Assembly (NCBI GenBank): GCA_054661495.1
Contig: BAAFSQ010000076.1
Location: 8,084 to 40,083 of the forward strand
Length of the DNA stretch: 32,000 nt
Direction: 5' to 3'
DNA from: Zygophlyctis sp. KS116
Taxonomy: Eukaryota > Fungi > Chytridiomycota
Position 1 is the first letter of the stretch, and each line of letters starts with the position of its first letter. The translations under genes and the position numbers were made by a program. Below the pieces are notes generated by a model that did no database searches, was not told the origin of the DNA, and was given only the letters and a program-made list of their open reading frames with translations. Shown in pieces: positions 13,201 through 25,500 of the stretch.

Positions 13201-16200
13201 AACTTAACAATGGATATATCGGAAGTTATGCTGAACTGGGAACAACTGGCGATTAAAGAATATCGGCAAAATAAAAATGAGAATAAAGGTATAAATAATT
13301 TTCTAATTGGAAAGACGCCATGGATTGGAAAACAGACAAAGACTCTGACTGTTTTTCCGAAACATTATGTTGGAGAGATTCTAACTACGCCGAAATGCTG
13401 CTTAACTATTTAATATGTTTTTCTACCTCAGCAAATGAAACTGTGCAAATGAAGGGACCAGTGTACAGAGCTTTGCAGATTATGCGTGTATTCTTAGACA
13501 TTTTCCCTACAACATCTGTAAAACTGGTGCATTTCGAAAAATCGTCGACATTTGCAGACGGTGGAACAAGTTACAATTCGATTTCAAACTCCATCGACAC
13601 ATTGTCTGTTTTATCTGAGTTAAAATCAAATTCTTGGATAGTAGGAAATATTTTGAATATTCAGCCATTTATTGAATCATGGATAAAATTAGCTAACCCC
13701 AAACTTTCTGAAAACATCAAAGTTCTTGTGAGCAGTATTTTGAAAGCAATTGGAGAAACAGAGTCAGAGGAAGTTTCTTCCTTTAAAAGCTTCGTGGAAA
13801 CGAGTATAATCAATGGCTTACGTGATACTTCTTGTCTTCCAATCACTATCGCACTGATAGATTCAGGTCTTAAATTATCTGATTATTCAGTTTTCATAAC
13901 AGATCTCATAAAAGCGCTCCAAAAAGTTATAAAAGAAATTCAAGTAGCTCCACCCACACCAGTTGCTGGATCTTCAAAGCAATCCGATTCAATTGGAATT
14001 TCTCTCAAGATCATTAGAATTCTAAATGATAACTTGGTATTCTTGGGAGAACAGCGTAGATCTTTTCTTCAATCATTATTATTATTAATTGAATTGACAG
14101 ATGATGATGAAGTATTAAATGCTATTATACAGATTGCCCGAAGGTGGATTTTTGACAAGGAAACTGCGTTTCCCACTCTTAAAGAAAAGGCTAATATTTT
14201 AACTAAAATGATGTCTTTTCATAGTAGAAATTTAAATGATCTTTTCGATAGATTTTTAGAACTTGTTGCTGATGTATATTCAGACTCTCAATTTATTGGT
14301 ACAGAACTAAGTGTGAAATTAGAGCCTGCATTTTTAATGGGAGCAATCCGCAGAAAAAATCCGTTACTAAGCGAACGATTCTGCAATATTCTAGACGATT
14401 CAATTGGCAAAAACATATACTCTCGTTTATCATATATTCTAGGTGTTCAGAAGTGGGAACCTTTGGCTGATCAGTATTGGATGGGTATTGCACTCGATAT
14501 TTGTATGCGGGCGATTGATTCGGATTCTACCATTTCTCATTCATCAGTAGGATTTAAGCTTCCTATGCCTGTAGATGAGACTTCGGCATCTATGAATGAT
14601 ACTCTTTCTCATGCAAATGTTTCTTATTCTGAATCTTTTGTTAATTTTCTTAAAGGAATGGGCCAAGAGCATATTGATCGACTTGTCGCATCCGTCCGAT
14701 ATTTAGTTAAATTGGACGATAATCTGTGCCATAAAGTTTGGGCTGGTCTATTTCCAGTTTTCTGTTCCTCTATTACCAAACGACAACGAAACGATTTAAC
14801 CAAAATTCTTATTCCGTTATTATCAAAAGAGTTCCATATCAAGCAAGCGGAAATAAGACCAAATGTTATACAAACTCTTTTAAATGGGATAAGCGTTTCT
14901 GAACCTCCCCTTCATTTGCCCCCTCAACTCGTTAAATATCTTGGAAAAACTTTCAACGCATGGTATACAGCCATTGATTTGTTAAGTAGACCTATTTCAT
15001 TTATATTTGATGGTAGTGGTTCGTCTGCCTCCCGTGATCAGGAAAGGATTAGAGACTTCACAATTGATGCACTTATTGATGTTTGTACTAGCGTAGGAGA
15101 GAGTGATCTGGTTTATGGGCTATCAAGAAGCCGGTCATTTTTCGATGAAACAAATTGTGCCTTATCATTTGAACAAATCGGGCTTTGGGCTCAAGCTCAA
15201 ACTATGTATGAATCTGCCCAATCGAAAGCTAGATCTGGCATTCTTCCATTTACTGAATCGGAATATTGTTTATGGGAGAGCAACTGGATTGGGTGTGCAC
15301 AAAGGCTTCAACAATGGGATATTTTAACTGACTTAGCAAGGGCTGAATCCGATGCGTCGCTCACCTTAGAATGCGCTTGGCGTTTATCAGATTGGCAAGC
15401 GGAGCGTGACTTTTTAACATCAACTGTTTCATCCGTTGCACAAGATGATATCCGGAAACAGATATTTGAATCCTTTCTCCTGCTTCAAAACTATAATGAG
15501 GGAAAATGTTCAATTATAGAAGTTCAAAGAGTTTGTGATGAGGGTGTACAGTCAGTAATGCGCCAATGGAGTTGTTTACCAAATAGTATTTCAGATTCTC
15601 ATGTATCTTTAATGCACAGTTTTCAGCTTTTTGTTGAAATGACGGAAGCGTGTCAAATTGTGTCTAATTTACAGAGCACAAATGCAGGAAATATAGACTC
15701 TAAGTCACAAGAACTCAAAGGTATTCTTCAGGTGTGGAGAGATCGACTACCAAATGAATGGGATGACATAAATATGTGGAGTGACATAGTATCATGGAGA
15801 CAGCACGTTTTTTCAATTGTAAATAAGGCTTATTTGCCACTTATACCGCAACTTTCACAGACAAATTCTGTCGCCGGAAATTCAACTAGTTCTTACGCAT
15901 ATCGCGGTTATCATGAGACTGCTTGGATAATTAACAGATTTGCTCACATCTGCAGAAAGCATGATTTGAATGATGTATGCTTTACAGCACTGAGTAAAAT
16001 ATATACCTTACCGAATATTGAAATTCAGGAGGCTTTCTTCAAATTAAGAGAGCAAGCCAAATGTCACTTTCGATTACCTTCAGATTATCCAGCCGGGCTA
16101 GATGTCATTAATAATACAAATCTGCTGTACTTTACTACTTCACAAAAATCTGAATTTTTCGCAATGAAAGGAAAATTCTTAAATAAGTTGAATCTTCATG

Positions 16201-18589
16201 ATGATGCTGCACTATCATTCTCATCAGCAATTCAAATTGATATGAACTTGGCCAAAGCCTGGGGCCTTTGGGGCCAGTACAATGACAGGCTTTTTAAAGA
16301 GAATCCATCCGAAATAAAACATGCAATATCGGCGGTCAACTGCTTTTTGAATGCTTCTGGACTTTACAATAATGCTAGGTCGCGTAAATATATTTCAAAA
16401 ATTATTTGGCTCTTAAGCATGGACGATTCTCAAGGGAGTATTCTCAAATGCTATGAATCATTCAAAGGTGAGGCTTCTTTATGGTTTTGGATCACATTTA
16501 TTCCTCAGTTGCTCTCATCTTTAGCATCAAAAGAGGCTCGTTTTGCCAGGCAAATATTGATGAAGATTGCGAAATCATATCCACAGGTAAATGAATATCT
16601 TTAAATTTCAGGCATTGCACTTTCATCTGAGAACTGCTAAGGAGGAGTTTCTACTTTTGAAAAAACAGTCAAATGGTACCAGTCAGGAAAGCGAGCAGTC
16701 TTCAGCGCAAGAAGTTAAAATTGAAGATGAAAAGTCCCCTGCAACGTTTAGTGAAGTAGAAGGTCTTATTTCCACTCCAACCCCATCATCTACAGTAAGA
16801 CAGCCTTGGGAATATGTAGAAGAAATTATGTCTCTACTTAAAACAGCGTTTCCTCTTTTGGCATTAACTATGGAGACTATGGTTGATCAAATTTTACAGC
16901 GCTTAAAGCCCACTACTGATGAAGATATATATCGATTAATAGTTGCCCTTTTAAATGATGGTGTGCAAATGTATATGCAGCAGCTATCCCGCGATCCTGA
17001 AAATAGCGGGCAATTATCATCAGCCACCGAAATGAATTTGCTTCGATTTGCAGAAAGTATGAGCCCAAATCATGTCAAGGTACAAAAGTTCCTTTTTAAT
17101 AATATAGTATAAGGAGGCCTTTGAACGAGATTTTATAAACAGCAAACCAAATTTGGCTGTTCTGATTGATAGATTCAGATCATGGAGGGATAAATTAGAA
17201 AATATTCTAGATAACCGTCCAAGACATAGGCAATTAGAATATTTCAGTCATTACCTTTCGGAGTTTGAATATTCGAAATTTGATGAAGTAGAAGTGCCTG
17301 GTCAGTATTCATTGGTAATTTTCCAACTTTTTATTTTAGATCCGAATGAATAATAAGGACTTCATCAAAATTCAGCGATTTGATTCTGTTATAGACATTA
17401 TCAGGGGTCATTCAAGCTGTGCGCGTCGAATAACTATCCGTGGCCATGACGGAAGCGTTTATCCTTTCATTGTACAACATCCTGCAGCTCGACATTGTAG
17501 AAGGGAAGAAAGAATACTTCAGCTTTTCAGATTTTTAAATGAAATAATAGGACGAAAAAAGGAAACTCGGCGCAGGAATTTAATGTTCCATTTACCTCTC
17601 ATTGTACCAATAGCACCCCAAATTCGTCTGATTCAGGACGATACTAAATATGTTACTCTGCAAGAAGTATTTGAAGACTACTGTAAGCAGAAGAATATGG
17701 GACGTGACGATCCAGCCATCTATTACACCAGTCGCATTCGAAAAGTTTTACTTTCTGAAGACATTTCCAAGAGAAGCAAAATCGAACTACTAAATCTTAA
17801 AGCAGAGCTTTTTGAAGAAATATCAAATCAGCTGGTACCCAATAACATCCTATCTACTGTAATAATTTATTTTTAACGTTTTAGTATCTATCAGCGACCA
17901 TGAAAACTTACGAAGATCTTTGGCTCCTTCGTCGTAACTTTATCCGCCAGATGGCTTGTAATTCATTTCTGACATACTCACTATGCGTTGGTCATCGCCA
18001 TCCGCAAAAAATGCACATTTCCTTAAAAACAGGAAACGTTTGGAATTCTGAACTTCTTCCATGTAAGATTAAATTATTTTAACCAACAGCAATATCTTCA
18101 AGCATGATCCAATTCACAAATTCAGAAGCTGTTCCGTTTAGACTGACGCCGAATATTCAGCACTTTATGACTAAAGGAGGAACAGAGGGACTTTTTACCG
18201 CCGCATTACTATCATTAGCAAAGTCCATCATTGAATCGGAGGTAAATTATTTCTGATCTCATAAAAAAGTTTGAAATGGAGTCCTATCTTTTGATTTATC
18301 TTCGAGATGAACTAAGTTCGTGGTATTCGAGCTCATCCAAGAAGATTAGTCTGCATGAAGGAAAACTTCAGGACCATATTCTACAAAATTTAGAAATTAT
18401 AACTGGACGTATGACTGCACTTTCCTGCAAAACTGAAAGACTTAAAGTAAGTTTGAATTTATTTGCTAATTTCTCTAGACCAGTGATAAACTTGAACCTG
18501 TATACCAAACCATCCTTGACTTAATCTCACAAGCGGTGAATCCTCTTAAATTAGCCCAAATGGATTTAGGATTTTTCCCCCAATTATAA
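7217..18589 (+). CDS. TRA1: Tra1/TRRAP PIKK-family pseudokinase (SAGA/NuA4 scaffold), about 3655 aa; 15 micro-introns
   Basis: Motifs SFKVLTECPIII, QVKTLSFIAY, RKELLVATRHI, LFRSISGGRFELLYQE, ELFVELCLTVPVRLSVLLP, QGLRTLELCVDNL, RILGKLGGKNR, AYRGYHETAWIIN, EAVPFRLTPNIQ. Required introns: 7571-7594, 7721-7749, 8053-8080, 8344-8372, 8855-8878, 13289-13314, 16587-16611, 17080-17107, 17315-17339, 17859-17884, 18063-18089, 18242-18269, 18447-18478. In-frame candidates: 8573-8599, 11504-11530. Spliced length 10968 nt is divisible by 3. Confidence 0.96.
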
Positions 18590-18651
18590 ATGACTTTATA
18601 CACTTAAATTATTTTTGAGAAGATTAAAAGATGGTGAATTTAAAACATGAA

Positions 18652-19482
18652 TTAATTGTCATCATCTGAAGAACTTTCCGCATACACTGAACCCAACAAA
18701 TTTAAAGGAGATATTTCCACTTTTTTACGAACTATTCCCAAATCTATTCCTGAATCAGTCTTTCTTTTCCCTAAATTATTTTGTTGCCCTTTAATAACCT
18801 GATTTTTTAATAATTCCAGAGGATCTCCATCTGCAACTCTTTTAACTATTTCCCCTTCAGCATTATAAAATACAGCATGAGCCAATTCATTATCTTGTTT
18901 TTCTTGTAATTCTAGTAATTCCTTTTCTCTTGCATACTTTTTCAAAATAATATTTTCTATAGCTTGTAAAGAGCCACCTCTTTCATATGCAGCACTTTTA
19001 GTTTTTAATTCATCCAAGTTTTCCAAAATCTCCATTTCTCTTTTTGAGTTTAACGTCCTTAATTCCAACTTTGATATTGGATTTCTAGCTTCCTCTGCTT
19101 CTTTTTCCTTTTGTATTTCAGCTTCTAAAAGCCTTTCATCTCTAACCATTTCAAAATTCCTTTGAGCTCCAGACTCACAAACATAATCTGTTTTTTCGGG
19201 GTCCGTCTTAAAGGTAATATCGCACGAGCACATTGGACATCGTATATAGAACCGATGTATTTGTATTCCTAAATAATGTTCTCCTTTTGCTCTTTCCTTT
19301 CTAGCGTTGAATTTCTTTCCTTTTGGAATCCATTCTGAGCAAGTTAAACATCTCATACTAAACGGAGCCATGAGTCTTACTACATGAGGATTAGAAGTTC
19401 TTAGTTCTCCTTTGTTTGATTCTAATTTAGAAGGATCAAAGTCTGGAGGAAAGTATTTATTGAGGACTTTTCTTTCTGACAT
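18652..19482 (-). CDS. YJU2: Spliceosome step-I factor Yju2/Cwc16 (CCDC94), 276 aa, no CDS intron
   Basis: [66 protein letters not shown]: the conserved N-terminus and two CxxC zinc motifs. Confidence 0.95.
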   Translation of the reverse strand: MSERKVLNKYFPPDFDPSKLESNKGELRTSNPHVVRLMAPFSMRCLTCSEWIPKGKKFNARKERAKGEHYLGIQIHRFYIRCPMCSCDITFKTDPEKTDYVCESGAQRNFEMVRDERLLEAEIQKEKEAEEARNPISKLELRTLNSKREMEILENLDELKTKSAAYERGGSLQAIENIILKKYAREKELLELQEKQDNELAHAVFYNAEGEIVKRVADGDPLELLKNQVIKGQQNNLGKRKTDSGIDLGIVRKKVEISPLNLLGSVYAESSSDDDN

Positions 19483-19527
19483 TCTGTTTTGCCCAACAAA
19501 GGTTAGGAAAAAACAGGTTTTCTTAGG

Positions 19528-22500
19528 ATGAATGACAATTTGCGATTTATTCTCTCAGACTTGAAGGCAAAGTAATATTTTAATATATAAGATTAGAAAT
19601 ATGGAAATTAGGATAAAGGGGGCAGAGGCGCTAAGAGATTCTGTAAAATCCGCTTCCAGAGAATGTTCAGGCGAAACATTTGCTAAATTCTTGAATGAAG
19701 TTAATAGGAGAATATTTGAATTGGTTCATTCTAGTGATAATTCTGATAAGATTGGTGGGATTTTGGCTATAGATTACTTGATTGATTTTGATGCGGAAGA
19801 AGATCCAACTAAATTAGCAAGGTAAAATCATATTGTTTTTATTATAGATTTGCAAATTATTTAAGAATAGTTTTGCCTGGAAATGATCCGACTGTAACTG
19901 AATTAGCTGCACGAGCTTTAGGGAAATTGGCTTTACCGGGTGGTCCTTTAACTCTAGATTTTGTAGAATTTGAAGTCAAAAGAGCATTGGAATGGTTATC
20001 AGGAGATAGGAATGAACAAAGAAGATATGCCGCAGTGCTAGTATTAAAGGAATTAGCTAATAATTCTTCTACGTTATTGTACTCTTATGTTTCACAGATT
20101 TTAGATTTGATTTGGATACCGTTAAGAGATCAAAAGGTTTGGAATTTATAATATTAAAAATTAGGTGTCAATTAGAGAAGGTGCGTCTGAAGGATTGGCG
20201 GCATGTCTTAAATTAGTCTCTATTAGACAAAATCAGATTAAAAGGCAACTTTATAAAAGACTCTTTGAAGAGGCTCAAAAAGGATTAAGACAAAATCAAA
20301 ATCCAGATGTTATACATGGTTCTTTATTAGCATTGGGACAGATTTCATTACATTTGATAAAGGAAAATGATGTTAGATTGAAAGAAATTATTGCTCTTGT
20401 ATTGAAATTTAGGGATCATAGAGATTCTCTAGTAAGGAAAACAGTTATAAATTTAATACCAACTTTGGCTAAAATGGATCCAGATTTATTTTTTAAAGAA
20501 AATTATCTTAGTGCAAGTGTAATGTATTTGACGGCTCAGTTGAAGAAAGAAAAAGAACGGAACTATGGTATTTTCAAAAGATTAACAATAGCATTTATTG
20601 CCATAGGAAAAGTTGCAGAAGCAGTAGGAATTAAAATATTGCCTTTTTTAGAATTCACGCTACAAAATATTAAAGAAGGTCTGTCAGTCAAGGGGAAATT
20701 AAGAATCAACTCTGAGGCTTCTATATTTCAATGTATAAGTAGTCTTGCTATTGCGGTCGGTCCTGCGCTTACAAAACATATGCATGAAACATTGGATTTT
20801 ATGTTTCAAGGTGGAATTTCAAGTGCTTTGATCCAGGCTCTTTTTGATCTTTCAAAAAATATTCCTCCGCTAGCAAACTCAATCAGAGGTATTTTTTATT
20901 CATCTAAGTTTAAAGTTCGATTACTTAATTTACTTTCAATGATTTTAGTAGGGCATCCTTATCAACATCCTGGAGTTCCAAATCGTGCTTCACCTAATGT
21001 TCATCCCAAAGACGGGACTTTAGTATACAATAGTTTGATTAAAAATATAGGTTACAGAAATAAATGATTCGCAGACAATAGTACTTGCTTTAGAAACGTT
21101 GGGGTCCTTTGATTTTAGTGGTATATCTTTGTTTAATTACTCAAATCATTAGGTGTTTTATTAAGTGATCTTTTAAAAGATATATCTGAGCTTTATTTGG
21201 ATGATGAATCGCCTCAGATAAAAAAAAGTGCTGCATTAACTTGCGGTAAAGTATTAAAAGGTGATCCAATAAATTTTCAGGTATGTTTACCACGGAACCA
21301 ATAATTTTTAGACAAGTGAAAGGTCGGTAACTCTTGTCGGAGAAGTGATTGGTAGATTGATGACTTTGGGAATAGCAGATCCGGGTATTATTTCAAATTT
21401 AAAGAGTTAGATCCGAATATCCGTCTGGCAGTAATTACTTCATTAAACAATATTACGTTTGATCATCATTTGGCCCAAGTCGAAACTATTCATTCTCTGT
21501 TTTTAGCTGTGAATGATGAAGTATTCGCTATCCGAGAAACAGCAATAGATATAATTGGAAGATTGTCGACCCAGAACCCAGCATATGTTTTGCCACCTCT
21601 TCGCCGGCTACTGATTAAATTGTTGACTGAAATTGAATATTGTGACATAAGGTATGAATAGATCGCGTAATAATTTTTTAGTGTCCAAAAAGAACAAAGT
21701 GCGAGACTACTGTGTTCTTTGATCGCTTCTGCCCAAAGCTTAATTCAGCCATATGTCGAATCTGTTTTAAAGGTTTTGCTACCAAAAGCCAGAGATCAAA
21801 GTCCAGTAGTTGCATCGCAAATTATTACATCTCTAGGCGAGTTATCTCGGGTTGGTTCTAAAAACATCAATAATCATCTCAACGATCTAATGATAATGAT
21901 AATAGAAACACTGCAGGACCAAAGTTCTCCAATGAAGCGTGAATCAGCATTGAAAACTCTAGGACAAATATCAAGTAATACTGGATGGGTGGTTGAACCA
22001 TACCTTAAATATCCTAGTCTGCTAAATTTACTTATTAAGATTCTTAAAACAGAGCAATCGCCTTCCATAAGAAAAGAAACGGTCAAATTATTGGGTGTTC
22101 TCGGAGCTATCGATCCATACAAACGTACTCAGGTAATTGTGATCATCCAGTTAATACTAGTTGCCTGACGGAACGGAAAATTCTGGGCCAGTAGTTTTAA
22201 ATGAGCTAGAATCAACCATAGGAATTAGTCCGTCTTCGGATGATTACTATCCTACTGTTGCTGTTCAAAGTTTAATCAAGATTTTGCGGGATGCTTCTTT
22301 AAGTAGTCACCACACGGCGGTAGTGACAGCTATTATGTACATATTTAAGACTCTCAGTTTAAAATGCGTCCCATTTATGCCGCAGGTATAATGATTTAAG
22401 TTTCTAAAATATAGATTATGCCACCGTTTCTCGCTATGATGCGAACATGTCCTAGCGGAATGCTTGAATTTCATTTTCAGCAACTTTCATTAATCGTTAG

Positions 22501-25500
22501 TATAGTCAAACAGCACATAAGAAATTACCTAGACGGTATTATATCTCTCATTCAGGATTTTTGGTCTAGTAATCTAAACTTGCAAGCAACTTCTTTGTCC
22601 TTAATTGAATCAATCGCTCAGGCTCTGGATGGTGAATTTAAAGTATACCTTCCAACATTGCTGCCTCAGCTTATCCAAATATTTGAAAACGACATCAGTG
22701 AAAATCGTTATCGTACTCAAAAGTTGCTGAATGCTCTCGTTAACTTTGGTCCGTCATTGGAGGATTACTTGCATCTGGTGATTCCGCCATTGGTCCGACT
22801 AATAGAAAATGCTGAAGCGCCGGTTCATATACGCAAGCAAGCGATTGTTGTTGCTGGTTATTTGTCGCGCCAAGTCACTTTTTGTGACTTAGCATCCCGA
22901 GTTATTCATCCTTTAATTAGAATATTACATCTGCCTGAATATCGCCAGGAATCAATGGACACTCTTGCGCGCATTGTATTTCAAATGGGCCCCGAGTTCA
23001 CTCTTTATATACCCACTTTAGCAAAGGTTTGAAAAATGATAATCTAAAACAAACAGATAATTACAAAACATAGAGTTCACCATCAAAAGTATGAAATGTT
23101 GATTGGACGCCTTCTACGAGACGAGAATTTTCCTCAAGATGACGACTTTTTCACGGACTTAAAACTGTAATTTGATCTATTTAAATATAGAACCAATCTC
23201 CGTATCGAAGATGAGGTGGGTGAATCGGCATCAAAGAAGCTCCCTCTTAATCAGCAGCAGCTAAAAAAGGCTTGGGAAGCTTCCCAACGGTACACTAAGG
23301 ATGATTGGCAGGAGTGGATACGCAGATTTAGTGTTGAGCTTTTAAAAGAATCACCCTCGCATGCTTTGAGAGCGTGTGCGGCATTAGCTAGTGCCTACTA
23401 TCCCCTTGCTCGTGAACTTTTTAATGCGGCATTTTTGTCTTGTTGGGGTGAATTATATGACCAATTTCAAGATGAACTAGTTCGATCATTAGAGACGGCA
23501 TTGACGTCAGTTAATATTCCTCCTGAAATCTTACAAACATTGTTGAACTTGGCAGAGTTTATGGAGCACGATGATAAGGCATTGCCAATTGATATACGAA
23601 CTTTAGGATTGTATGCGGCCAAATGTCACGCATATGCTAAAGCACTTCACTATAAAGAATTGGAATTTATTTCAGAGCCTTTGACGAATACTATCGAAGC
23701 TTTAATTAGTATTAATAACCAGCTTCAGCAACCAGACTCTGCTATCGGTATATTGACTTACGCTCAACAGAATCATGATGTGGAGCTAAAAGAATCATGG
23801 TATGAAAAGCTTCAACGTTGGGATGATGGGCTTGCGGCTTATGAAAGGAAACAACTAGAGGATCCTAATTCTACCGATGCTACTCTTGGTAGAATGAGGT
23901 GTCTGCATAATCTTGGAGAATGGGAGAAACTGGCGGCGTTAGCCAAAGAAAAATGGGTGATTGCTAAAGACGATATTAAGAGAGTGATAGCCCCTTTGGC
24001 AGCGGCAGCAGCTTGGGGATTGGCAGAATGGAATTCAATGGACAATTATATCCTGTATATGAAGCAAGAATCTCCCGATAGTGCATTCTTTAGAGCTATT
24101 TTGGCATTACATAGGAATTTATTTCCTCAAGCTCTTTCTTTTATTGAAAAAACCAGGGATTTGCTAGACACGGAGTTGATGGCGTTGATTGGAGAATCCT
24201 ATAATAGAGCTTATAACGTTGTAGTTCGAATTCAGATGCTTGCTGAATTGGAAGAAATAATCCTTTACAAACAAAACTTTCAAAACCCTGAAATACAATC
24301 AAGAATTCATAAAACATGGATTTCGAGGATTGAAGGCTGTCAAAGGAACGTAGAAGTTTGGCAAAGAATACTCAAAGTGAGAGTGCTGGTCATGTCTCCA
24401 AAAGATGATATGACACCCTGGATTAAATTTGCAAATCTCTGCCGTAAAAGTGGTAGACTGAGTTTAGCGTACAAAAGTTTGTACGGGCTGCTCAATATAC
24501 CACAAAAAGATTTTGCTAAATTGGTACTTTTTGAAATTCATTAATTACAGGACACTCTGAAGAATCCACCGTCTGTTGTATATGCTAGTTTAAAATACTT
24601 ATGGGCATCTGGAGCTAGAGACCAAAGCTACAGTCAGTTAGAAGAATTTACAAAAGGGATCATGAGCAGAGTTGCGATTTTTGAAAATGAAGACCTGAAA
24701 GCACAAGTGCAGAAAATTGATGATCCAGAAAAGAAATCCCTACTCCGAATATTAGCAAGATGTTTTTTAAAATTAGGAGAATGGAAAATTGCCTTAAAAT
24801 ACGATCTTAATGATGAAATCATCCCAGAAATTTTAAAGTCTTATGAAGCGGCAACCGTTTGTGATAAGGAATGGTATAAAGCATGGCATGCTTGGGCACT
24901 AGCCAACTTTGAAGTCTTGAACTTTTATGAAAAGAAAAATGAATCGGTGGCAGAAGATCTTTCGATATTACACGTAATTCCCTCAATTCAAGGATTTTTT
25001 AAATCTATAGCCTTGTCTAAAGGGAACTCTTTACAGGATACACTGCGTCTTTTAACATTATGGTTCAAGTATGGGCATCAGAAAGATATTAATACTGCAA
25101 TAGGGGAAAATTTCAGTAGTATTACTATAGACACTTGGCTGGAAGTGATTCCTCAGCTTATTGCACGAATTCATACACCTGGACCACAGAAAAGATTGAT
25201 TCATCAGCTGCTGTCCAATGTTGGAAAAGAGCATCCCCAAGCTATTGTATACAGTCTTACTGTCGCTTCAAAATCATTAAGTGTTTCTAGGAAAAAAGCC
25301 GCTTTAGCTATCTTAGATCGTATGCGCTCTCACAGTGCTAATCTGGTTGAGCAGGCGCTTTTAGTTAGTCAAGAATTGATTAGAGTTGCTATTTTGTGGC
25401 ATGAAATGTGGCATGAAGGCCTCGAAGAAGCTTCTCGTTTGTATTATGGCGATCATGATATTGAAGGCATGTTTGCGGTTTTAGAACCACTCCATCAAAT

